Shown one piece after another: positions 47,926-59,467 of a stretch of 64,000 nt of DNA. The stretch is from Octopus vulgaris (Eukaryota). The notes beneath the pieces were generated by a model, which saw nothing but the letters and a program-made list of their open reading frames with translations, had not been told where the DNA came from and did no database searches. The stretch lies in assembly GCA_951406725.2 (NCBI GenBank), contig OX597825.1, forward strand, positions 56,358,001 through 56,422,000, read 5' to 3'. Every line of letters begins with the position of its first letter. Positions within the stretch are counted from its first letter, which is position 1. The position numbers were made by a program, and so were the translations under genes.

Positions 47926-48030
47926 AGACTACGCGTGTTTCATGACAATATATCTATCGGTATTACTGAAATAGAAGGTCTCGAAATTCAATACCATATC
48001 AATCCGACTATACTGCCAATCTTCAGGTCT
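47926..48030 (-). ncRNA. Type I hammerhead ribozyme motif with long helix II
   Basis: agac-CTGAAGA-t-tggcagtata...tatattgtca-t-GAAA-cacgcg-TA-gtct on the minus strand. Confidence 0.65.
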
Positions 48031-48109
48031 GGATTATATAAAACTATTATACTATTTACATCCTATATAAAGGCATGACAATCAAAATTATACAACTAGA
48101 AATCGTCGA

Positions 48110-49615
48110 TTTCTAGTAAAATGATATTAGATAAATACGTCAATAAATTGAATAAAATGAATTACTTAAATTTATGGGGTGGTACTAAGACAAATTAGGA
48201 TGGTTTGATAATATTAAAGATAAAAATAAATATAAGTTCATTGAAATAGATATTGATAACTATTATTCATCTGTAAAATAAGGATTTTACTTAATGAGGC
48301 CATAAGTTATGCTAAGAATAAAGTTGGAATGACTGTGGATGAAATAAAGGTAGTTCAAGCGGCTAGAAACTAGTTGATTAGATATAATAATATATTATGT
48401 GCTAAGAAGGATACTAGGGAATATTTTGATGTACCTAAGGGGACATCCGATTCAGCACAGGTAACAGAACTAGTAGGAATTTATTTATTATCTGAATTAC
48501 AACAAGAAAAATTAAAATTAGAAGGTGGATTATACAGAGATGACCTATTACTAATAGCCAAAAACTGCACGAATAGAACACTTGAAACATATAAAAAGAA
48601 ATTATATAAGTTCTTTAATAGATATGGTTTAGATATTACTATATATAAAGTAAATTATAACGTTAATTTTTTAGATGCTAATTTTAATATTTTCACAGGT
48701 ATAATCCAACCATTCCATAAAATTAACGAAAACCTGAGGTATATAGATGCCTATAGTAATTATCCCGCGCCCCCCACTTCAATTAAGAAATCATTGATAG
48801 ATAATATAGGGAAAATAATTTCGATGCTTTCGTCGAATTATGAGAGCTTCCTAAAACATGCACCTTTTTATAACGAAGCATTAACTAAGGCGGGATATAA
48901 GGATAGTATTAGATTCTATAATAATAATAATAGATGTATTAACAATAATATAAAAGATAATAACGTAAATGACCCCGATAATATTTATCTTGATAAAAAT
49001 AGAAACAAAAATAAAAATAAAAGCAATGTTAATAATAATCACAAAGGATTTCATAGAGATAAATATCGTTATAATAATGAGTACAGGAGTAATACAAAAA
49101 ATAAAAATAAGAAAATTAAAAATAATAGGTTAATAGTAGGTATAAGCCAAATCCATTTATTAAATAATAATGATAATGGTAGCGATGATGATAACAAACA
49201 TAATAGTAAAAGTAACATAAGCATAAATAATATTAATAATGGGTAAAAAATCTGGTTGATTGTCCCTTGTGGAGCCCAGGTTAAAAGTAACATTATAAAA
49301 GTAATCATAAAAATAATAGAACCATTTATTATAGATAATAAAAAATATAACATTTTTTCTTAAAATAATATAGGAGTAGGGTATGCGGCTACTAGTAATG
49401 TAGATAATATTAACTCATCTTTAAATGAATTTAAGCTGAACAAATTACATTTTAATAAATTAGATAATAACCCCAAAAATACTGATAATAACTTAATAAA
49501 TTGCAATTGTAGAGATAAACATAATTGTAATATTTTAATAAATGTCATTTGGGATAAGTAGTATATAAATGTGTAGTGTCTCCAAATGAAGATAGTAGGT
49601 GTTGGTGTTGTAGTG

Positions 49616-49694
<79 letters not shown>

Positions 49695-49990
49695 TTCAAA
49701 CATGACTTACATTGGATCCACGGCTAATAAAATTAAACGAAGTGTGGCTCAGCATCTGTAGACCTTTAATTATAAAAATATTGTTGAACTCGACAGGCCT
49801 AAGTGAATATGTATGGGAATTAAAATCTAATTAGTGTGCAAAAGTAAATCATATAGAATAGAGAATAAATTGTCTTCTATGTACACGTGAAATCATGGAA
49901 ATATTAGAAGCTAAAACAAAGTTCTTTAACACCCAGGAAGAACGAAAACTTAAATGTAAACAATAGCTGAATTGCCTATTTAATAAGATG
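48110..49990 (+). pseudogene. Penelope-like RT + GIY-YIG endonuclease ORF, disrupted
   Basis: The longest open piece is 48374-49246, with stops and frameshifts on either side and an Asn-rich linker. Confidence 0.8.
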
Positions 49991-51126
49991 AGATAAGATT
50001 AGTTTCGTTAGAGAATAAATAAAACCCTAATTTTAAATCAACACAATTTAGTCATAGTTTTTAGATATAATTTATAATCATATTTTATTATTTTAGTATA
50101 ACTAGAATATATTTGTGAGGTATATTTGCCATCTCAATATGGCTAACCACTAAGGGTGGGTGTTACTGTAGCTTGTAGCCCCAGGAGAACATCGTCTCCA
50201 GCTGGCTTTAGGCACACTTTCTGTGCCCTTATGGTATTTGCAAAGGGAGGTCATCCCTCCCTCGTCAATCTAAGTGATACGCACGGACTGCAGTTTCTAG
50301 GAATTGACCTGTCGTCGGCGTACGACAATCATCGGTTTTCGATGAAGGGATGTCCCAATGCAAATACTTTTATCGTTTTTCTAGTAACTTTTCGTCATAT
50401 TTATTTATATATAAATGTTAGATAATATTAAGTTAACTTCTGATTTCAGATATTTTAGTTTTAAGTGTAAATCGAATTTTTAGTCGAATTTTAGATTGCA
50501 TTATTCTAATTTTTTAATATTAAATTAGAAACATAATTTTAAGAGTAACGTCAATTTTAAGAACAATAGGGTAATCAATAGATATTAAATATTATTATAA
50601 TTATGAAAAATTGTAAAAAATTAGATTTTCACTTATTCAAAAATATTTTAAATTTATTGGTTTAGAAATTTGGTGTACTTGTTTGCCTGTCTGTATGTTT
50701 GGTTGTATGTTGATGTTAGCATATAAATAAAATAAATTAACCACGTGAAAAATTAGACTATTCCCATCATACATTTATTCCCCGGTTCTCCTAGTGTTTT
50801 ATTACTTACTTCCCCTACACGGTAAATATATAAAATAGCAAATATATTTTAAGAACTCTTAAAGGCTAAGAATCATCTCCCCTACACCGGAGCTCTCAAG
50901 GTTAGATTATACGTTGTTCACTTGGAAACCATGATTGATTCGTAGCGAAGGAATTTCCAAAAAGATACGTTAATATTTCTTTTCTAATTTTAATTATTAT
51001 TTTTTTATTCTTCATTTTTGTTTCTTATTTAGTAATGAAAAATTATTTCGACGATTTCTAGTTGTATACTTTTGATTGTCATGTCTTTATATAAAATGTA
51101 AATAGGATAATAATTTTGTATAATCC

Positions 51127-51228
51127 AGACCTAAAGATTGACAGTATACCTTGATTGATATGGTATTGAGTTTCGAGACCTATTTCAGCAATACCGATAA
51201 ATATATTGTCATGAAACGCGCGTAGTCT
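51127..51228 (+). ncRNA. Second copy of the pLTR hammerhead, core mutated (CTAAAGA)
   Basis: agac-CTAAAGA-t-tgacagtata...tatattgtca-t-GAAA-cgcgcg-TA-gtct. Confidence 0.55.
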
Positions 51229-51468
51229 ATATAATTTAATATATGATTCAGAATAGTAATTCTAGATATTAATTTTGATAAAATTTAATCTTAGATATCT
51301 CTATCATAGATAATGTCGTTCAATGTTGTTTGAGTTGCTTGAAGGTGGTTGTGTCTCTTAAAACTATTTATATATATATGTATATAATACAGCGAGAAAT
51401 TCATTTTACTAGCACTAAATTGAATTTCTCTCCTCGTAGACTCGGAAATAACTTCCCTAATATTAATA

Positions 51469-51500
<32 letters not shown>

Positions 51501-51773
51501 CATTTATATATATACATACATACACACATACATACATATATACATATTCATATACATATATATATATATTCATATATAGATACATATATATACACACATA
51601 TATACACACATACATATACTTACATATGTAGATATACATGTATATATATACATACATATATATATACATATATAAGAGAATAATTTTATAACTTCCTTAA
51701 CCGAAGCACAAAAATAGAAATAGAACTGCAGCTGGAAGTGCTCAGGTGACACCGAGGCGAAAGGAGAAATAAA

Positions 51774-51978
51774 TTGAAAGGTATAATATATAGGCAAACA
51801 TTCCATTCGTTCAAAACAACTTTATATCATTCCCAAATTATCAAAAATCGAATATAAATATAGATTATAGGGCACCCAATGTTGCCTTATATTTTTTCAT
51901 ATATATTCATATTCGATTTTTGATAATTTGGGAATGATGTTTTGACAGATTGGAATGTTTATTCATTATATCTTTCAA
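51774..51978. repeat. Imperfect inverted repeat (fold-back/MITE-like)
   Basis: ATCATTCCCAAATTATCAAAAATCGAATAT pairs with ATATTCGATTTTTGATAATTTGGGAATGAT; outer arms AAACATTCCA/TGGAATGTTT and TTGAAAG/CTTTCAA. Confidence 0.85.
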
Positions 51979-52042
<64 letters not shown>

Positions 52043-52229
52043 TATATATATACGCACATATACATATGCATATATATATATACATGTATAAATATATATA
52101 CAGATATATGTATATATATATATACATATATGTATGTATATATATGTATATATACACTTATGCATATATATATGTGCATATATATACATACATATATATG
52201 TACTTATATATACATATTGATGTATACAG

Positions 52230-52310
<81 letters not shown>

Positions 52311-52391
52311 TGTATATACATATACATATATATATACATATATATGTATATGTGCATATGTATATATTATATATATATATATATACATGCA

Positions 52392-55345
52392 TTTTTTCTT
52401 TGTAGTTTCAGCTCAAAGCTGCGGCCATGCTGGGGCACCACCGTTTTGTAATTATTGAGAGCCTCCTCTAATATTTGACTTTTTGTGAATAAGGGAGTTT
52501 GCTATCGCAACTCCCATTTGCACCGCACCTCTTGCCGCGAGCTAAGTTCATCTGGGACTGTCGACATGAAGAGGTTCAATTTTGATTTGAAAACACCTAC
52601 ATCCACTTTGTGTTTGTCCCTCAGGCTCTTTGGGAGAATATTAAAAAGTTGTCGACCCCTGAAAACCGGGCTGTTGCAGTAAGTGGACCAGAAGCGTGAT
52701 GGCATTGCTGGGATCTTTGGCACTGTTCATTGTCGACCCATTGTGACACTGGTTTAGCTTTCAATGCCAAAATTTGGCACAATTTCTTCCAGGATCTTCC
52801 AGATATATATTAATGCATACCACTCCCGCCTTCGCTCCAGGATGTAGAGTCTTAGCTGTTTCAGCCTTTCCCAGTAGCTGAGCTGCTGCAACGGGACGAT
52901 CTTCTTTGTGAAGCCTCGCTGGAATGCTTCAAGGTCCCTTGTTAATTTTACACTGTTGGGTGACCATAGCTGGGATCAGTAGTCCAGGCGACTGAGGACG
53001 AATGTCCTCCAGAGGACCATCATTGTTTATTTCTTTCTGGCTCTGAACTTTCTCAGGATCCAGCCAGTTGTCTGCTCTTTGTCACCATCCTGTAATGTGC
53101 ACTTGGAAAGAGGTACCATCACTCATGTCGATACCCAGGTCCATTACTGATTTATGCTCTAGGATTGTAATCCCCTGTGGACCAGTGAACTCTGTAAGTT
53201 TTATATTCAGTTTTGGACGTTGATAGCGCAGGGCTTAGAATTTTTCAGTGTTAATCTGCATCTTATTGTTCTGAGCCCATCTGTAAATTGAGTCCAACTC
53301 TTGCTGCAGGTGTGCAATATCGCTGGGGTTCTGTATTTTCTGCGAGACTTTCGTATCGTCTGCGTAGCTATCAAGGGTAGCTATCAAGGGTAGCTATCAA
53401 GGGTAGCTATCCGGGCAGCTGAGGGCATATCTGAGAGGTCCACAATGAAAAGCAGTGGTCCCAAGATAGTGCCCTGTGGAACACCGCTCACTATTTGTGT
53501 TTCTTTGAGATGGGTCGATTGGCCACTGCTGCTTGACTTCTATCTTTTAGAAAGTCATGTAACCTCTCCAAGTTTTCCAGCTATGCCAAGATCACGCGGT
53601 TTGTGGCATATTCACTTTATCAAAAGCTTTTGCAAAGTCAAGGTATATTACGTCCATATTTGAGTTCTTGAGCAACTGCTTCAACACCCAGTCTAAGTAC
53701 TGTAAGAGCTGGGTCAGACAGTTCTTACTTGTGAAAAACCATGCTGGGTATCTCTCAGCAAGTTTTTTTTCCATCAAGGAATGCGATTATTTTCCCTCTG
53801 ACAACCCGTTCCATGACCTTGCTGATGTGTGAAGTCAGAGAAATAGTTTTGGCATCTGCTCTGCTTTCTGCTTTATGGATTGGGCACATTCCCTCCTTCC
53901 GTTTGATGGGAAGTCTGCCATTTGTAAGAAAGCTCTCGAAGAGAATCTGTAGAGGATTCACCAGGACACGCGTACACGATTTGAGGAGGATTACTGGGAA
54001 ACCATCAGAACCAGCAGTTGAGTTTGTGTCCATCTCATCTACGGCTAGTAGTATATATTTGCTAATGTCGTTGTAATCCATCGTAACTGCCTAGTTGGTT
54101 ATAGGTGAGGTGAAAAAGAAATCCACTGGATCGTTTACTTATCTGTATTCCAACGGGGTGGTAAAGATACTTTTGAACTGGTCATTCAGTACCTCACTGA
54201 TCCTACTTGGACTATTTGTGAGGGAGCTATCCTTTTGAAAGAGGGGTCTTATTTTGCAGCGTACTGAGTCTGTTTCTTTGGGATAATGAAAGACTTTGGG
54301 TTTGATTTAATGTTAGTTATAACCCAGGCTTCTTTGCTCTCTCCCTCACATAGGATTGTTGAAGGCATTTTTTCAATCTCTATCGGTGTTGTTTTTAGGC
54401 AGGACCTTTCACTACTTTTGGAATGTTGGTTGAAATGATTTTCAATCTTCGTCCATCGTCTCATGAGGATCTTCCTCGCCCTTGGAATCCTGTTCCTTTT
54501 TGTGTTGGCCTTATGTTCCGGGACATATTTCTGGCATATGGTTTGCATAACAGTCATGAAATATTCTTGTTTCATGCCAATGTCTGGTGTGGAGAGACAT
54601 TTCAGCCAGTCCTCACTGAGGATTACTTCTTGGATCGATTTCCAGTCTGCTTTTCAGAAGTTCAGATAGGAGAGATTTTGAGTGCTTCCTTTAGGCTATA
54701 TGTCTCTGGTTACTTTTTTTACATACATAGCTCGATAATGTTGTGATCCGAAACTAATGTCGGTGTCACTTTTACATGATAAACGATGTCCATATTGTTT
54801 GTGAAGCAGTGATCCAAAATGTTATTCGCTCCAGTTAACCTGAGTAGAACTTGCTCCATGAATAGGGCTTTGGTGAGGTTGAGCAGTAAATCCACCTATA
54901 TTTGTTTGCAAAGAGTCATTACTGAGAGCATGAGGCCTTCGAGCAATTTGACATTGAGAAGTTGAAATCACTCAACAAATATGCTCACATGGTGTTCCAA
55001 TTTCATGAGGATTTCTCTAATTTTTGTGAGGCGATCTTCAAACTTACCTATGTGTTTTCGAGCATCCAACGGGCGATATTTATTGCATATGACGATATTC
55101 TGTTGTCTTATGTATACAATTAGAGTGACACATAGTGAATCTGAGTATGACAGTAAGATCTGGAGTGTGAGGTTTCACGGATGTATACAACAGTTCCACT
55201 ATGGCTCCCTTTACTTCTGTCTGTTCGCAGTATGGTATATTTTGGTACGTATACTTCTGCATCCTCTATATCAGGGCTGAGATGCGTTTCGACGAGTCCT
55301 ATGCATAGGGCTTGATTGCATGCAGCAAGATCTCTCAGGAAAAAA
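52392..55345 (-). mobile_element. CR1/L2-group LINE ORF2 (APE + RT), decayed, with 3'UTR
   Basis: LCIGLVETHL and SDH (APE); AGSDG, ISLTSHISKVMER, DVIYLDFAKAFDKV, GVPQGTILGPLLF and YADDTK (RT); many stops. Confidence 0.85.
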
Positions 55346-55359
55346 ATTTTCTTCTTGTT

Positions 55360-56402
55360 GTTCTAATGCAATTCAGGGTTCTAATTAACCCTGAATTAGA
55401 TGAAAACCTGAAACTACTGTCTCAAAACAAGCAAAACAGATCAGGCAGACTGCAAAGACGAACGGGTAGAAACAAATTGAGAAGCAGTAGAACCAGAAGC
55501 CTCTGCATGGACAGTATGTACTTCGAAGTCGAAATGCTGATGTAGACCAAGCAACAAACCATCAGTGGCTGAGAAGTTCTGGATTGAAAGTAGAGACTGA
55601 AGGTTTCATATTGGTGGTACAAGATCAAAGCTTGCTTAGCAAAAACTACCAGTCTAAGGTTCTTCAAAACGGTTCTGACCTTAAATACAGATTCTGCGAT
55701 ATATTTTATGAAACAATAGACCGTCTCGTCTAGGGATGTCCTGTGCTGACGCCGAATGAATACAAAAATCACCATGTTAGGGTAGGAAAGTATTTATATT
55801 CGGAAAATATGTAAACACTACAAAATCAACACTTCTGCTTAATGGTATAAACATCATTCGGAGCTAGACGTTGAAGGTAAAAATATCACTATCCTCTGGG
55901 ATTTTCCAGTCAACACCGACAGAACTATCTAGACTAATCGACCAGACATAACTATTGAACACAGGTAAGAAAATTCTTGCAGACTAATAGGTGTAAGTGT
56001 TCCCACTGATAAAAATATATCTGTAAAGGATAAATAAATTAAGTAAATATAAACACCTGCGAACTGAAGTGCAAAAGATGTGGCATCTTTAAGCGAGAAC
56101 TGTTCCTGTTATTTTAGGTGCCTTAGGTATGATAAATAAAGGCGGATCTCAGAAACATCCAGATAAGATCCCAGGAAGACCATGTCTCAGAAATCCAAAA
56201 CATTGTGCTGACAAGTACTGCCAACATCCTTAGAAAAACCCTATCCATTTAAATGTTTGTGCTGTAGTACATGAAGATATTTCGCTACTGCCCCTGCTAC
56301 TTCGCCTCCCCAAGCTTTCAGTCATGCTGTAACGTATCTTATCCTTCACTCGACCTAAGACTCCGAGTGAGCCTCGGCAAATGATTGTAACAAACATGCA
56401 GA
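55360..56402 (+). mobile_element. R4/Dong-clade 3' fragment (fifth family)
   Basis: QWLRSSGLKVETEGFI..QDQSL, ILWDF..NRPDI, VPVILGALGMI, ANILRKTLSI*, then a 3'UTR and a degenerate TAA tail. Confidence 0.85.
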
Positions 56403-56449
56403 TTAATAATTAAAAATAATAATTACAATAAATAATAAACCAAAATAAA

Positions 56450-56494
<45 letters not shown>

Positions 56495-56557
56495 GACATG
56501 CAAGGATATATGTGTGTATATGTATGTATCTGTGTGTCTATATATATATATATATCT

Positions 56558-57030
56558 GTAAATTAATATGTGACAATTATTCAATAACCAAGATAAAACT
56601 CTGAGTTTCGGATGCCGAAGTGGAAATCCACAACACCATCTCTTCGGTTATCTGGCCATATATATAAATGAAAACGTTTTGATGCAAATATCGATATATG
56701 TACAATCTATATTATTTATATATTACGAACAGACTGTACAAAATTTGAAAACTGGAATTTTGAAATATATGCTTGCCATCCTAATACAAGGAAAATATAT
56801 ACAAAAAAGAACTCGAAAAAAGAAAATTGAACCCCATGAAACAGAAAGCACAAAAACATTAGACATTTATGATAGTTTCAAGAGATATGTCTTATAATTA
56901 TTTTTCTGAATATTAACAACGTCGATAATAATTGATATATTTCTCCCCCTTTGCTGTCTACAGCTTGATCAGCTAACACATCCTTTTTCAGACACCCATG
57001 ATTTAGAGTGGAAAAAAATTTTGCAGTTAG
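56558..57030 (-). mobile_element. Solo Penelope-type pLTR-like unit
   Basis: Bounded by (TA)n and (TG)n, with a hammerhead motif near its 3' end. The classification is inferred from the ribozyme. Confidence 0.5.
56588..56655 (-). ncRNA. Type I hammerhead ribozyme motif
   Basis: ccagataa-CCGAAGA-gatg..gtgga tt tccac..catcc-GAAA-ctcagag-TT-ttatcttgg. Helices I, II and III all pair; U4 is C. Confidence 0.65.
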
Positions 57031-57055
57031 CAAGATATAATTACATGATAACATA

Positions 57056-57056
<1 letters not shown>

Positions 57057-57146
<90 letters not shown>
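57057..57146. repeat. (TG)n microsatellite
   Basis: Long dinucleotide run. Confidence 0.95.
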
Positions 57147-57150
<4 letters not shown>

Positions 57151-57313
57151 GTGTGCCTGTGAGCGCGTTCAATTAAAATGTTTCGATATGCCATGGTATT
57201 ATAAGCACACACACATGCTTCTTTATTTCATAATGAAAACTAATATATCGCGTGGTGGTATCAACACACACATGTATAGACATGCACACATACATATAGG
57301 TACATATATATAT

Positions 57314-57515
57314 AGTTAATCCAAACATGAAAACACAAAGAGAAAACACAACAACGCGAGGACGTGGAACAAGTATAGTATTATTGGACGCTCAGGAAAG
57401 AAGGAGGGTTTAACGTTTCGAGCGGAGCTCTTCGACAGAAACATAGGAAAAGGAAAGATCCAAAGAAGGGAAGACGGAGGGAAAAAAATCGCCAACGGTA
57501 CACACGCAGTCACTC
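57314..57515 (-). mobile_element. Related short unit with minimal hammerhead motif (57408-57442)
   Basis: Minus strand gttt-CTGTCGA-A-GAGC tcc GCTC-GAAA-CG-TT-aaac; shares the ACGCTC(A/G)GGAA block with the other two units. Confidence 0.65.
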
Positions 57516-57599
57516 ACATATACATACATGTCCAAATGCACATACTCAGTTCCTAATAAAATAGTATGTCCCATGCTACTACAGCCACAAGTTTGACAA

Positions 57600-57640
<41 letters not shown>

Positions 57641-57641
<1 letters not shown>

Positions 57642-57825
57642 AGGTACATGGCCTAGTGGTTAGAGCAGTGGATACGCGGTCGAGGGATGGCGGGTTCGAA
57701 TCTCAGACCGATCGATATGTGTTTATCAGCGAAACACTTAAGCTCCACGCAGCTCCGCAGAAGGTAATGGCGAACTCCTGCCTAATTTTTCGCCAAAACT
57801 TTTTTTCTCACTCTTTCTTCCTGCA

Positions 57826-57827
<2 letters not shown>
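57641..57827 (+). mobile_element. SINE family C, 3'-truncated
   Basis: TGGCCTAGTGGTTAGAGC (A box) and GGGTTCGAATCTC (B box), with a body shared with 25592-25840. Confidence 0.8.
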
Positions 57828-57873
<46 letters not shown>

Positions 57874-57898
57874 TGCAGGAGGAAAGAGTGAGAAAAAG

Positions 57899-57945
<47 letters not shown>

Positions 57946-58792
57946 ATGTGTATATATATATATATAATTGATGAGGGAAATCTTTATTCAGTACTATATA
58001 TATGTGGGTATTAATACAACTACAAGTTTGACATCCTGTACATAATCAAATAGACACGTACATGCACAAACATACACATACACATATATACACACACATA
58101 TATATATGCATATGTATATATGTTACATACATACATACATACTTTCCTTTTTCCGTACTTAATAAAGTTTGTATCTGCTGATGCTACAACTATACGCTTG
58201 ATGTCCTATTCAATATTACGCACACACATGTGTGTGTGTGTGTGTGTGTCTTTTTGCGAGCGCGTAGATGTATGTATATATCGTATAAATATTTAAACAT
58301 ATATATATAAGCATATATATTTTATTACTTACATATGTGTTTGTGTGTATATGAATATATGTATGTATATTTATAAATATATTTACACATTTATACGTAT
58401 GCGTTCACACCCACACAAAAGGCACACGTATATAGAATAGAATACAAAAGACCTCTTTTTCATAAAAGAATAGATCGTCTTAACATAGATATTATATTTT
58501 TAAAGTATGCTTAAATATATAAATTTTTGCCTTCAGCCTTCTATCTCCCTTTGTATAACTCTCTGACTCTATAAATATATAAATATGGCGCAGGTTGTGT
58601 GAGTGAGAGATTGCGGGAGTCAATAACAGACAGATGGATCGATAGACATATATCTATAGTGATAGATTTGTTTTTTTTAGGCCATACAACATACTGGTAA
58701 ATTAAAACATTTATTACAGAAACGAATTGTAATATCCCAATGTCAATATACTTACTTATGACATATACAAATACGTGTGTGTGTGTGTGTGT

Positions 58793-59180
58793 GCAGGCAT
58801 TGCTGTGTGGTTGGAAGCTTGTTTCCCAACCACATGGTTTCCGGTTCAGTCCGACTACCTGGCACCTTGAGCAAGTGCCTTCAACTATAGCCTCGGGTAG
58901 ACCATAGCCTTGTGAGCTGATTTGGTAGACGGAAACTGAAAGAAGCTTGTCGTATATATATATATATATATATGTAAGTATGTATATATGTGTGTGTGTG
59001 TGAGAGTGTGCGTTGTTTGTCCTCTACCATCGCTGGTGCTGGTGTGTTTACGTCCCCGTAACTGAGCAGTCCGGCAAAAGAGAACGATAGAATAAGTCCT
59101 GGAGCTTGATTTCTTCGACTAAAGGCGATGCCCCAGTATGACGCAGTCAAATGACTGAAACAAGTAAAAGAATAAAAAGA
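58793..59180 (+). mobile_element. tRNA-derived CORE-type SINE (family B)
   Basis: tRNA-like head (GCTGTGTGGTT..GGTTCAGTCC), CORE-like GGCACCTTGAGCAAGTG, central microsatellite, and tail GCCCCAGTATGACGCAGTCAAATGACTGAAACAAG. Confidence 0.8.
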
Positions 59181-59218
<38 letters not shown>

Positions 59219-59391
59219 TTATGTATATATATCGATATATATATATATTTAAAATCAAAATATGTGTGAAAAATTGGATATTAATTTAATAACATCAATT
59301 TTAACACCAGTGGTCATATATATATATAATATTATATTATATAATATTATATTATATTATATTATATTATATTATATTATATTATATTATA

Positions 59392-59467
<76 letters not shown>

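Larger units (their letters stand above)
47791..51364 (+). mobile_element. Penelope-like retroelement, 5'-truncated, with inverted pseudo-LTR
   Basis: Inverted repeats of about 320 bp at 47791-48109 and 51048-51364. RT remnants FIEIDIDNYYSS, FDVPKGTSDSAQVTELVGIYLL, GGLYRDDLL and VNFLD; GIY-YIG remnant VYKC..MTYIGSTAN..KR..QH and a C-terminal CLLC. Confidence 0.88.

Noticed and set aside
47791-51364. DNA transposon with 320-bp TIRs
   Set aside because: The interior encodes a Penelope RT and GIY-YIG, and the repeats hold hammerheads, so they are inverted pLTRs.
57641-57710. tRNA gene
   Set aside because: A and B boxes are present but continue into a repeated SINE body, and I could not build a convincing cloverleaf.
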